Source: Pontiella sp.
GTDB lineage: Bacteria > Verrucomicrobiota > Kiritimatiellia > Kiritimatiellales > Pontiellaceae
Reading direction: 5' to 3'
DNA: 64,000 bases
Assembly (NCBI GenBank): GCA_050290185.1
Contig: JBNKHE010000001.1
Coordinates: 674,713-738,712, forward strand
Below, one piece after another: positions 9,412-19,326 of the stretch; position 1 is the first letter of the stretch; every line of letters starts with the position of its first letter. A program made the translations under genes and the position numbers. The notes under the pieces were generated by a model that was not told where the DNA came from, made no database searches, and saw only the letters and a program-made list of their open reading frames with translations.

Positions 9412-9864
9412 CTAGCCCGCTTTCTTAGATGCTTCAGTCTCATTTTTCTTCACCTGATCGATAATCTCCTGCAACTCCTTTTGCTTATGCAATCCAGATA
9501 CACCCTTCTTGAGCTCTCCATCCTTGAATACCAACAGCGTCGGAAACTGATATACACCTAAAGCCCTGACCAAATTTTCGTTTTCATCAACATTAACCTT
9601 GGCCACTACTACATTCTTGCCAACGGTCTTGGCAAATTCCTCCAGAATAGGTCCCTGGACCTGGCAAGGCGGGCACCACGTCGCCCAGAAGTCCACCAGC
9701 ACGATCTCATGGGCCTTGATGGTCTGATAGAAATTGTCCTGCGTAAGAACAAGTACTGCAGACTTCTCCTCAGATACATCAGGCTTAGTTTGCTCTGTTT
9801 CAGCGGCAAAGGCCGTGTGCAGGGAAACACCTGCCACAACCAAAAACGATAACATTTTACTCAT
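9412..9864 (-). CDS. Exported thioredoxin
   Basis: Signal peptide ending AFA, LVDFWATWCPPC, KVNVDEN, FPT. Confidence 0.9.
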   Translation of the reverse strand: MSKMLSFLVVAGVSLHTAFAAETEQTKPDVSEEKSAVLVLTQDNFYQTIKAHEIVLVDFWATWCPPCQVQGPILEEFAKTVGKNVVVAKVNVDENENLVRALGVYQFPTLLVFKDGELKKGVSGLHKQKELQEIIDQVKKNETEASKKAG

Positions 9865-10065
9865 ACATCTCCTATACAGGGTTAATTTAATTTGACTGAT
9901 TTAACAATGTTATTGTTTATGACACCTATTGGGGTGATCCGTTCACTACCGGATATTGAAGAAGTGCATGCAGAGCGCCTCAATGAGAGTCTTTCCCGTT
10001 CACTATCCTTGTATTCTCCCATCTATTTATGCCTTTATTCAAAATCACAAAAAAAGAGGTGACTT

Positions 10066-11391
10066 ATGCGCAAAGCATCACACTTGATTAAACACGCCGC
10101 CGGACTGAAACTACTTCCCGCTCTGACTGTACTGGGTATGACCCTATTCAGCGCCCAAACTGCCGAGGCCGTAGAACTACGCACCCCTACCCTGTGGGAC
10201 CTGTTTAAGCCCAGCCAGCCCCAGGTCAGTCCCAACACCCTAGAGGAGCTGATCGATCATATCCGGCACGGAAATGAATCCGCTACTTCGCTTAAGGAAC
10301 GATTCGGCGACCGCATTGCCGAATCCGCTAAAGCACTACGATACCTCGCGGACCGGTTCGCCAGCGAAGGAACCCCGAAACAGGCAAAGGAGATGTATGA
10401 AGCATCCATCGCGCTTAAACCCAACACAGAAAACCTGACGGCGATGGCGCGGTTCCTCCTTTCACAGGGCGATGAAGAGGGCTGGCTCAAAACCATGGAG
10501 CGGCGCCTCGACCTACCGTTCGACCTGTGGAACGACACAATCACCAACTTCGAGATCGCCTACCACTTTATCGATCAGGGCGAATGGGAAAAGGCCCTGC
10601 CCTATGCCGAAGCCGCCGCCATGCGTGGAGACAACGCGGCCTACAACCTGGCCGCATGGCTCAACGGCGCATTGGGTAATACCCAGCAAGGGCTTGCCCT
10701 ATCGGAACAGAATGCATTGCACAACTTAAGTGATTGCATCGCTACCTACGTCCTAGCCTTCGGTGCCACCCCTTCCGACTGGACCAATCAACTGCTCGAC
10801 TACTACTATGAAGCGCATTCACATGGTACCCCCATTGAGCGAGCACGATGTGTGAGCATTGCCTTGCTCCAGGAAAAATATGATGAAGCCGTGTCACTGA
10901 TGGAATGGTCACTGCAACAATCCAATGATCCCTGGTACGGTTTGCACGCCGCATTCATCTGCGAGGAGCAGGGCTGGATAGAGCGTAGGGACCAAATTCT
11001 TCAGGAGGCCGTAAAGCGCTGGCCGCGTTTCCCCAATCCCAACCGGAACCGAAAAAACACAAAAGCCTGCATCGATCTCTACATCCAAGCCAACCAGACA
11101 CAGGAACTGTCTGATGAACTTAAGGCGAAACTACAACATCTCTTCGATTCCTGCGGCCGGGGAAAATCGGCCTTTAACGGAGCGTACGCTGGAGAACTGT
11201 GCCGCCTGAGAGGCGAGCCGGAGATGGCTAAAGAGATGTACTGTGAAATCATCTCTGTAAAGCGCCTCAACAACGTCAGCGATTATGTTGCCTTCCGCGG
11301 GCTTCGGCTGCTCGGCGAAGATCCCGTCAAGATTTTGCAGACACAAAGAAACGTAATCCAACTGCACACGGAAATGCAGCCATCAGAATAG
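10066..11391 (+). CDS. Secreted TPR-like hypothetical protein A1
   Basis: 441-aa ORF with GAGGTG RBS, signal peptide (AEA), helical TPR-like segments; paralog at 14017-15357. Confidence 0.8.
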   Translation: MRKASHLIKHAAGLKLLPALTVLGMTLFSAQTAEAVELRTPTLWDLFKPSQPQVSPNTLEELIDHIRHGNESATSLKERFGDRIAESAKALRYLADRFASEGTPKQAKEMYEASIALKPNTENLTAMARFLLSQGDEEGWLKTMERRLDLPFDLWNDTITNFEIAYHFIDQGEWEKALPYAEAAAMRGDNAAYNLAAWLNGALGNTQQGLALSEQNALHNLSDCIATYVLAFGATPSDWTNQLLDYYYEAHSHGTPIERARCVSIALLQEKYDEAVSLMEWSLQQSNDPWYGLHAAFICEEQGWIERRDQILQEAVKRWPRFPNPNRNRKNTKACIDLYIQANQTQELSDELKAKLQHLFDSCGRGKSAFNGAYAGELCRLRGEPEMAKEMYCEIISVKRLNNVSDYVAFRGLRLLGEDPVKILQTQRNVIQLHTEMQPSE

Positions 11392-11402
11392 GGAGGCCCA
11401 TC

Positions 11403-13790
11403 ATGAATATCATCCATTCCATCTTAAAATCGCCCTCCCGTTGTCTCCTTGCATTGGCATGCCTCCTTCTCCTATTGCCGGCCAGCCGTGCTGAACGATG
11501 GGATTGGAAATCCATGAACAACGACGAACAAGCCTTCTGCGACCAGCATATGCCTCGCATTCTGGAAATCCATAAAACCCAGGGCACCGAGGCGGCACTG
11601 GCCGCAATCGAAAAAACATACCAGTTGGCGGAGAGAACATTCCGCAACCCCTACTTTTTCAACCGGGCTGTCTGGTACGAGGCGCAGGTGAAAGGAGGCA
11701 AGGAAGACGAAGAATGGGGATTGGCCGCTTTTCAATATCTATGGGACCGAGATTTAAAAACACATCCCGAATACGCAATCCGCCTACCAAGCAACCAGTA
11801 TTGTTTGCTTGATAACATCATTGAAAAGAATGCGGAACTTGGAAGGATGGCACAGGCTCGCGCCGTTCGATTGCAGTCCGAAAACTACCTCACCACTCAA
11901 AAAGGACTGGACACCAGCGGAACGTCCTACACGGATATGGGACCGATCTATTCGTTCCTGCCTGAAGCCCGCAAACGCGACTTCCCGATCTATGAACACG
12001 AACTGCCCATGCGCTACCGGGATCCGACCACAGAAACCAAGAAGGACTTTATCGAATACCCCAACATCTATGTGCTTGGTGGGATTGCCGATATGGCACA
12101 AAACTCCGGCGACTGGATCAAAGCCGCTGAATTGAGCATCTGGTGTGCCCGATATGCAGATAAGTACGTTCCAGGCAAAAACCACATGCACAGCGAAGTC
12201 GACAGAATTCTCGCCTTTGGATCCGCCGCACGCCTGGCCGACATTGCCCTGTTGCACGGATATCCCCAGGAGGCACGGCATTTTCTCGAAGAATACGTAG
12301 AGAATTCGGCCGGAAAATACAACTCATGGAAATGTATCTTATATAGGGCTAAACTGGAGCTTGCGGTCACAAAAATCAAGACAGGAGGCTTGGTCGAGGA
12401 AGACATGGTCATGGCCGACGAAGCGGTAGAACTAATCATAGAAGATCCCTACTACGGTCGATCAACCAACATCGGCAGTATCCTGAACAAAGCCCGCATC
12501 TACCATGCATTGGGGCACAAGCAGGAAGCGTGGAGCATGGTCGACAACCTGATGGCCGAAGCGGAAACCGACGTCAACCCCTACCATTGGGTCAGGATGC
12601 TCACCACCGCCATCGACTTGGCACTCGATGACGGAGCCATCCGGCCAGAGCTGGAGAAGTGGTTGGTATTGGCGCTGGATAATGCGCGACAAGCCGGCAA
12701 CAAATTTGAAGAGCTCCCTCTTTACGAAAAATATGCCCACTTCCTCATGATGAAGGGGCGCTATGCCGAAGCCGTCCAGATCCAACAGGAAGCCGTCCGC
12801 CTCGCCAAAGCCATGAGCCTGCCCAAACGCCTGCAGGAGAACCTCGACAAGCTCGCCGACATGCAGCGGCAGATCAGCGATAGACAACTTGCCATGGATT
12901 CCAAGCCGCAGCAGGAAGAAAATCAACCGCAAACCGCCCCTGCTGAAAACTCTCCGGCGGAAGATCGCTCAACACCCCGCCATGGAGGGCTTTCAGCATC
13001 TACCCCTTCCGTGGACATCCAGCCGCGCTCCAGCCTGTCGGCGGCGTTGCCGGGACGACCCGCATACGGTCGTTTCTACCTCCACAACCCGGCCGCCGTT
13101 TCCCAGCAAGGCACGCTTCAGCTGACCGGAGCCATCGATCAACCCGAATGGCGCAACCAACAATGGTTCACCGTCAGCGCCAGCCCAATGTTTGAATCGG
13201 TTCAGCTCGAGAAGACCTTAAACCTGGAGCCGGGAGCATCCTGCATCATCGACATCCTGGGGCTTCCGCTGGAAAACGGCGATGATGCCGAAGTGTCCTG
13301 CCAATGGGTTCCAACCGGGCAGGAACAAGCCGGCGCTACCGGCACATGGAAATATGAATCCGCCGACAACGGCAAACGCACCGCCGTCATCGATGCCCAC
13401 GAGCTGCTGGATAACCCGTTCTACCTTATCCCGATCCACCACATGCTCCAGCGGATCGATTCCGATACGGAGGAGACGATCGACTTCACGGTGGAAGCCT
13501 CCGCCCCCATGCGGATCGAAGCCTACGATGCGCTATCGGGCGAGCTGCTGGCCATCGATGCCAACGGGGACGGCGATTTCATGGACCGGGGCGACCAGAT
13601 TGTCGGCGACGGCAACCGCAACAGCTGGCCCGACCTCGTGTTTGGCAAAAGCCAGCAACTCGCCTCGCTGGTGATGTACGTCAAGCCCACCCAGGCCATG
13701 ACGAACGATGTGGAACTGACAGTCAGCATTCGCGTCAATGACGAGTGGCAGGTCGACTCCATCGACGTCATAAAGCCAGCGGCCCCATAG
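11403..13790 (+). CDS. Secreted TPR-like hypothetical protein B1 with C-terminal beta-rich domain and DxNxDG motif
   Basis: 795 aa, GGAGG RBS, signal peptide, TPR-like GRYAEAVQIQQEAVRLA, low-complexity linker, DANGDGDF; paralog at 15354-17720. Confidence 0.8.
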   Translation: MNIIHSILKSPSRCLLALACLLLLLPASRAERWDWKSMNNDEQAFCDQHMPRILEIHKTQGTEAALAAIEKTYQLAERTFRNPYFFNRAVWYEAQVKGGKEDEEWGLAAFQYLWDRDLKTHPEYAIRLPSNQYCLLDNIIEKNAELGRMAQARAVRLQSENYLTTQKGLDTSGTSYTDMGPIYSFLPEARKRDFPIYEHELPMRYRDPTTETKKDFIEYPNIYVLGGIADMAQNSGDWIKAAELSIWCARYADKYVPGKNHMHSEVDRILAFGSAARLADIALLHGYPQEARHFLEEYVENSAGKYNSWKCILYRAKLELAVTKIKTGGLVEEDMVMADEAVELIIEDPYYGRSTNIGSILNKARIYHALGHKQEAWSMVDNLMAEAETDVNPYHWVRMLTTAIDLALDDGAIRPELEKWLVLALDNARQAGNKFEELPLYEKYAHFLMMKGRYAEAVQIQQEAVRLAKAMSLPKRLQENLDKLADMQRQISDRQLAMDSKPQQEENQPQTAPAENSPAEDRSTPRHGGLSASTPSVDIQPRSSLSAALPGRPAYGRFYLHNPAAVSQQGTLQLTGAIDQPEWRNQQWFTVSASPMFESVQLEKTLNLEPGASCIIDILGLPLENGDDAEVSCQWVPTGQEQAGATGTWKYESADNGKRTAVIDAHELLDNPFYLIPIHHMLQRIDSDTEETIDFTVEASAPMRIEAYDALSGELLAIDANGDGDFMDRGDQIVGDGNRNSWPDLVFGKSQQLASLVMYVKPTQAMTNDVELTVSIRVNDEWQVDSIDVIKPAAP

Positions 13791-13799
13791 GCAAAGGTG

Positions 13800-13829
13800 A
13801 AAAAAGCCGCCCCGCAAGGGACGGCTTTT
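13800..13829. terminator. Intrinsic terminator ending cassette copy 1
   Basis: AAAAAAGCCGCCCCGCAAGGGACGGCTTTT. Confidence 0.8.
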
Positions 13830-14016
13830 ACAACTCCATCGCGGGATGGACTAGTTGACACCAACAATATACACGTTATGATAGCGGTTCACCCAAATTG
13901 CTCACCACGAATCAGCACCTCACCAATTCGATGGACAGCGCTTTTCCCGAAGCGCATTCTTGCATAAGTCCTTTAAAATATGCCTTTAATCGAAATAAAT
14001 CCCTAAAGGGAAAAGC

Positions 14017-15357
14017 ATGAATAAACCATCGCACGCACTCTATCGTTTTCTTGGCGCAAGCTTGTTTGCAGGCATCACCGTTATCGGCGCACTTGTCCTG
14101 CTACCCCAAACCGGCGACGCAGTACAGCTTCGTACGCCCAGCATCTGGGACCTGCTCGTGCCGACGCAACCGCAGTCCCATCCTGAAACCATGGAGGAAC
14201 TGGTCGACCACATCCGCTATGGAAACGAATCGGCGAAAAAACTGCAGGAACGTTTTGCTGATCGTATCGCCGAGTCCGCCGAGGCCACGCGCTATCTCGG
14301 CGAACGCTTCGCACACGAAGGCAATCCGGAACAGGCCATTAAAACATACGAACAATCCATTGAGCTCAAACCCGGCAAGGAAAACCTGACGGCGTTGGCC
14401 AACCTGCTCCTTTCGCAGGGCGACGAGGACAGCTGGCTGGCGACCATGAAAAAACGGCTCGATCTGCCGTTCGACCGATGGAACGATGCAGAGACGAATC
14501 ATGGGATTGCAGCTCATTTTATCGAAACCGGAAAATGGGAACAGGCCCTCCCCTATGCAGAAGCCGCCGCCATGCGTGGCTACTGGTGGGATTACCGCCA
14601 AGCAGCATGGCTCAATGCCGCCTTGGACAACATCCAGCACGGTCTGGAGTGGATGGAGCAGGAACAGGCCAGATGGGGGGATTCCGGCCTATACACCTAT
14701 GTTGCCGCGTTCGACCCAAGACCAACAGATTGGACCAACGAACTGCTCGATAACTACTGTTCGAGATTTTCGCAAGGCAATGCCATTGTACGGGCTCAAT
14801 GCATGAGTATTGCCGTCTTTCGGGAAGATTATGACACCGCAGCTTCACTCATGGAATGGGGACTACTCCATACAAACGATCCATGGTACGGTTTGCACGC
14901 TGCTCTAATTTGCGAGGAACAGGGCTGGATCGAGCGCCGGGACCGAATACTCACGGAGGCGGTCGAACGCTGGGAGGCTTTCCCCAATCAAGACCGATGC
15001 CGCAGGAACATGAAAACATTCATCGACCTGTATATTCAAGCCAACAATCACACGACACTCACCCCGAAACTCAAACGGCAATTACAGACGCTCTTTGATT
15101 CCTGCGGCCGGCGAAAGGCGGATTTCAACGGAGCCTATGTCGGGGAATTATGCCGCCTGAAAGGTGAACCGGAAATGGCTAGGAAGATGTACTCGGAAAT
15201 GGTTTCCGTGCTTCCCCTTGCCAACATCAGCGACTATGTCGCCTTCCGCGGCCTTCGGCTTATCGGCGAAGATCCCGTCAAGATCATGCAAGCACATAGG
15301 GAAAAGCTTCTTGAACAGAACAAGAAGAAATCAGCGGATCCAGGAGTAACATTATGA
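14017..15357 (+). CDS. Secreted or anchored TPR-like hypothetical protein A2
   Basis: Colinear paralog of A1 (LRTPxxWDL, ALPYAEAAAMRG, NDPWYGLHAA, SDYVAFRGLRL). Confidence 0.8.
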   Translation: MNKPSHALYRFLGASLFAGITVIGALVLLPQTGDAVQLRTPSIWDLLVPTQPQSHPETMEELVDHIRYGNESAKKLQERFADRIAESAEATRYLGERFAHEGNPEQAIKTYEQSIELKPGKENLTALANLLLSQGDEDSWLATMKKRLDLPFDRWNDAETNHGIAAHFIETGKWEQALPYAEAAAMRGYWWDYRQAAWLNAALDNIQHGLEWMEQEQARWGDSGLYTYVAAFDPRPTDWTNELLDNYCSRFSQGNAIVRAQCMSIAVFREDYDTAASLMEWGLLHTNDPWYGLHAALICEEQGWIERRDRILTEAVERWEAFPNQDRCRRNMKTFIDLYIQANNHTTLTPKLKRQLQTLFDSCGRRKADFNGAYVGELCRLKGEPEMARKMYSEMVSVLPLANISDYVAFRGLRLIGEDPVKIMQAHREKLLEQNKKKSADPGVTL

Positions 15358-17720
15358 AATTTATGCACAACAAAATCGCTCTGTTCATCCTGATAACAGC
15401 ATTCTCCCTGCTCCATTCTGCCAGCGCTGGTCGTTGGAATTGGGAATCATTTGGTCCAGACAAGGACGCTTTCTGCGAAGAACACATGCCGCGCATTCTC
15501 GAAATCCGCAGCACACAAGGAACCGAAGCCGCGCTTGCTGCCATTGAAAAAACCTTCAGGTTGGCCGAAAAACAGTTTTCAGATCCCTACTTTTTCCATA
15601 GCGCGATCTGGCACGAAGCCCAGGTCATGACAGGGAACGAAGACGAAGCATGGGGGTTGGCGGTGTACGAATACCTTTGGGATCGGGACATGCGCAAGCA
15701 TCCTGAATACGCACTCCGACTTCCGGGCAGCGAATACCTGTTGCTAGACTGCATCAGCAGCAGTAATTGGCAACTCGGCAGGGCAGCGCAGGCCCGAGCA
15801 CTTCTTTTTCAGGAGGAAGACTATCTGACCACCCAAAAGGGATTGGATACTGACTGCACGACCTACCTCGATAATGGCCCGATTTTTTCATTCCTCCCGG
15901 CCGCTCGCAAACGGATATTCCCAATCCGCGAGCAAGACCTTCCCATGCGTTATCGGGGACCGACAGAAATGACGAAAGAGGACTTCATCTACTATCCCTA
16001 CATCTACACACTGACTTTTATTGCAGGTTCCGCGCAAGCTTCCGGCGACTGGATCAAGGCCGCCGAACTTAGCGCATGGGGCATCCGCTATGCCGACGCC
16101 TACATGGAGGCAGAAGATTTTTTTCAGGGAGAAATCGGAAGAGTGGTGGGATATGGCTCGCACAAGCGACTTGCTGATCTGGCCCTATTGCATGGATATC
16201 CGGAAGAGGCCGCTGGCTTTCTCCGCACTTTTATTGAAAAAGCAGAGAGCTACTATGAAACCGGCGAATGGGATATTCTCCTTGCGAAGCTTGCCTTGGC
16301 CGTTATCCGAATCCAGCTCGGAGAACTGACCGAGGATGATTTGGACCTGGCCGATAAAGCACAGAAAGAGATTGCGGGAAACCAATGGAACAGCCGCTCG
16401 ACCGTATTGAGTGGATCATTAAACAAGGCACGCGTCTACTATGCACTTGGCCATAAGCAGAAAGCATGGGAGATGGTCGAAACCTTATTCGAAAAAACCG
16501 CCTCGGATGTAAATCCCTACCACTGGGTTTGCATACTGGGCACGGCCATCGACCTTGCGTTGGAGGATGGCGCCGCACGCCCCGAGCTGGAAGAATGGCT
16601 CGTGCTGGCACTGGAGAATGCGCGCCGAACCGGCAATAAATTCGAGGAGCTTCCGCTCTATGAAAAATATGCACGGTTTCTCATGATCAAAGGGCGTTAT
16701 GCCGAAGCTGTTCAAATCCAACAGGAGGCCATCCGGCTCGCCAAAGCCATGAGCCTGCCCAAACGGTTGCAGGACAACCTCGATGTACTGGCAGACATGC
16801 AGCAACGGATCGCGAATGAAGCCGTGGCCGATGTTCCGGATTCGCAAAGCATCGATCCAACACCGGAAATCGTAGAAACCGAGCCGCCGACAAAAACCAT
16901 CCGACCGATTACAGGTGGCGCGACTCAAACTATTCCAGCCATTGATATCCAGCCGCGCTCCAGCCTGTCTGCGGCGTTACCGGGACAACCCGCGTACGGC
17001 CGCTTCTACCTCCACAACCCGGCCGCCGTTGCCCAACAAGGAACGTTTCAACTGACCGGCGCCATCGATCAACCCGAATGGCAAAACAAACAATGGTTCA
17101 CCATCAGCGCCAGTCCGGCATTTGCAACGGTCCAGCTTGAGAACACCTTAAACCTGGAGCCGGGAGCATCCTGCATCATCGACATTCTGGGATCGCCGTT
17201 GGAAAACGGCGAAGGCGCGGGCGTTTCCTGCCAATGGGTTCCAACCGGGCAGGAACAAACCGGCATTACCGGAACCTGGGAATATGAGTCGGCCGACAAC
17301 AGCAAACGCACCGCCGTCATCGATGCGCACGAGTTGCAGGAGAACCCGTTCTACCTTATCCCGATCCACCATATGCTCCAGCGCACTGATACGGAAGGAA
17401 GCGCAATTGTCGATTACACCATCGAAGCCTCCTCCCCCATGCGGATCGAATCCTACGACGCGTTTACGGGCGAGCTGCTGGCCGTGGACGCAAACGGTGA
17501 TGGCGATTTTCTGGATGAGGGCGACCAGATCGTCGGCGACGACAACCGCAACAGCTGGCCCGACCTCGTGTTTGATGAAAACCAGCATCTCGCCTCGCTG
17601 GTGATGTATGTCAAGCCCACCCAAGCCATGACGACCGATACGGAGCTGACGGTCAGCATTCGCGTCAACGACGCGTGGCAGGTCGACTCCATCGACGTCA
17701 TAAAGCCATCGACACCATAA
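15354..17720 (+). CDS. Secreted TPR-like hypothetical protein B2
   Basis: Colinear paralog of B1; ATGA overlap with A2. Confidence 0.8.
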   Translation: MKFMHNKIALFILITAFSLLHSASAGRWNWESFGPDKDAFCEEHMPRILEIRSTQGTEAALAAIEKTFRLAEKQFSDPYFFHSAIWHEAQVMTGNEDEAWGLAVYEYLWDRDMRKHPEYALRLPGSEYLLLDCISSSNWQLGRAAQARALLFQEEDYLTTQKGLDTDCTTYLDNGPIFSFLPAARKRIFPIREQDLPMRYRGPTEMTKEDFIYYPYIYTLTFIAGSAQASGDWIKAAELSAWGIRYADAYMEAEDFFQGEIGRVVGYGSHKRLADLALLHGYPEEAAGFLRTFIEKAESYYETGEWDILLAKLALAVIRIQLGELTEDDLDLADKAQKEIAGNQWNSRSTVLSGSLNKARVYYALGHKQKAWEMVETLFEKTASDVNPYHWVCILGTAIDLALEDGAARPELEEWLVLALENARRTGNKFEELPLYEKYARFLMIKGRYAEAVQIQQEAIRLAKAMSLPKRLQDNLDVLADMQQRIANEAVADVPDSQSIDPTPEIVETEPPTKTIRPITGGATQTIPAIDIQPRSSLSAALPGQPAYGRFYLHNPAAVAQQGTFQLTGAIDQPEWQNKQWFTISASPAFATVQLENTLNLEPGASCIIDILGSPLENGEGAGVSCQWVPTGQEQTGITGTWEYESADNSKRTAVIDAHELQENPFYLIPIHHMLQRTDTEGSAIVDYTIEASSPMRIESYDAFTGELLAVDANGDGDFLDEGDQIVGDDNRNSWPDLVFDENQHLASLVMYVKPTQAMTTDTELTVSIRVNDAWQVDSIDVIKPSTP

Positions 17721-17729
17721 GCGAAGACG

Positions 17730-17756
17730 AAAAAAGCCGCCCCGAGGGACGGCTTT
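17730..17756. terminator. Bidirectional terminator between B2 and fbaA
   Basis: AAAAAAGCCGCCCCGAGGGACGGCTTT; near copy of 13800-13829. Confidence 0.8.
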
Positions 17757-17778
17757 ATCGAACCAATCGAAAGATTGG

Positions 17779-18849
17779 TTAGTTGACGCCGATGGCGTTG
17801 AGGTCTTCGAAAGCCTGCTTAATGCGAGCTGTCATGCTTTCCTGACCCTTGCGGAGCCATATGCGCGGATCGTAGAACTTCTTGTTGGGCTTGTCTTCGC
17901 CTTCCGGGTTGCCGAGCTGGCCCTGCAGGTAGGCTTCGTTGGCCTTGTAGAAGTTCAGCACCCCTTCCCAGGTGGCCCACTGCGTGTCGGTGTCGATGTT
18001 CATCTTGATGACACCGTAACCGATAGCCTCCTCGATCTGCTCCGGAGCGGAACCGGAACCGCCGTGGAACACGAAGTTGAGCGGCTTTTCGGCGAGACCA
18101 AACTTTTCAGCCACATAGGTCTGCGAATCACGCAGGATGGTAGGCGTCAGCTTGACGTTGCCGGGCTTGTATACGCCGTGCACGTTGCCGAAGGAGGCGG
18201 CGATGGTGAAGTTCGGGCTGATGGCAACCATTTTTTCATAGGCATAGGCCACGTCTTCGGGCTGGGTGTACAGCTTGGATTCATCCATGTCGGTATTGTC
18301 GACGCCGTCTTCCTCGCCACCGGTGCAGCCCAGTTCGATTTCCAGCGTCATGCCGATCTTGCTCATGCGCTCAAGATACTTGCAGGAGATTTCAATGTTT
18401 TCCTCGAGGGTTTCCTCGGAGAGATCGATCATGTGCGAGCTGAAGAGCGGACGGCCCTTCTCTTCAAACCACTTTTCACCTTCGTCGAGCAGGGCATCGA
18501 TCCAGGGCAGCAACTTCTTTGCGGCATGGTCGGTGTGGAGAATGACCGGAACGCCATAGGCTTCGGCCATCATGTGCACATGCTGGGCACCGGAGATGGC
18601 ACCGATAACCGGGCCGTTTGCAGGGCAGCCCTTGCCGGCGGTGAACGCCGCGCCGCCATTCGAGAACTGGATGATAACGGGTGAGTTTACCGCTGCGGCG
18701 GCTTCGAGCACCCCATTGATGGAGTCGCTACCGACCACGTTTACAGCGGGCAGTGCGAATTTGTTTTCCTTGGCAAGCTGGAAAACCTTGGCAACGTCGT
18801 CGCCAAAAAGTACGCCTGGTTTTACAACGTCTAGAACCTTAGCTGACAT
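17779..18849 (-). CDS. fbaA: Class II fructose-bisphosphate aldolase
   Basis: ILHTDH, FSSHMIDLSEE, GCTGGEEDG, FGNVHGVYKPG, FHGGSGS, KMNIDTDTQW; start at ATG 18849 with AGGA RBS. Confidence 0.97.
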   Translation of the reverse strand: MSAKVLDVVKPGVLFGDDVAKVFQLAKENKFALPAVNVVGSDSINGVLEAAAAVNSPVIIQFSNGGAAFTAGKGCPANGPVIGAISGAQHVHMMAEAYGVPVILHTDHAAKKLLPWIDALLDEGEKWFEEKGRPLFSSHMIDLSEETLEENIEISCKYLERMSKIGMTLEIELGCTGGEEDGVDNTDMDESKLYTQPEDVAYAYEKMVAISPNFTIAASFGNVHGVYKPGNVKLTPTILRDSQTYVAEKFGLAEKPLNFVFHGGSGSAPEQIEEAIGYGVIKMNIDTDTQWATWEGVLNFYKANEAYLQGQLGNPEGEDKPNKKFYDPRIWLRKGQESMTARIKQAFEDLNAIGVN

Positions 18850-18922
18850 GATATGTTCCTTCCTTTTGAGTGAAGCTGGATTACTATTTAATAGCCAATG
18901 AATTTGGCAAAAATTCGCGGGA

Positions 18923-18950
18923 ACTATATCAGGATCCGCCGGACGGTCAA
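18923..18950 (-). promoter_or_regulatory. Putative sigma70 promoter of fbaA
   Basis: TTGACC-N16-TATAGT with extended -10 TG. Confidence 0.55.
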
Positions 18951-19053
18951 TCCCGCTCCGGCGGTTAAATAAGCGGGTGACGCGATGACGGGGAGAACGG
19001 GAGGGTACGCCGCCCTGCTTCGATTCCCCCACTCCGGGAAGGGCGCGCAGACG

Positions 19054-19326
19054 CTAGCGGGGAGGAAAGTCGAAGTGCGTTTCAAAGAGGTCGACAAGCT
19101 TATGAGCCATTTCTTCTTCGTTCGGGCCACTGACCTGGATCTGAACTTCAGCCCCCTTCTCCAGCCCAAGCATGATCATCTCCAATGCCGAAGTGAGCGT
19201 GCATGTCCCCGATTCAGCGGTAATCAGGATCTCGCCTTCATAAGCACATCCCTCCTTGACCAGAATGGCAGAAGGCCGGCAGTGAATGCCGGCCTCGTTT
19301 TGTACAACAGCCTTCACCTCAACCAT
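19054..19326 (-). CDS. ptsH: HPr-family phosphocarrier protein
   Basis: 90 aa; GIHCRPSA (His15 motif) and a Ser46-equivalent in TLTSALEM. Confidence 0.88.
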   Translation of the reverse strand: MVEVKAVVQNEAGIHCRPSAILVKEGCAYEGEILITAESGTCTLTSALEMIMLGLEKGAEVQIQVSGPNEEEMAHKLVDLFETHFDFPPR

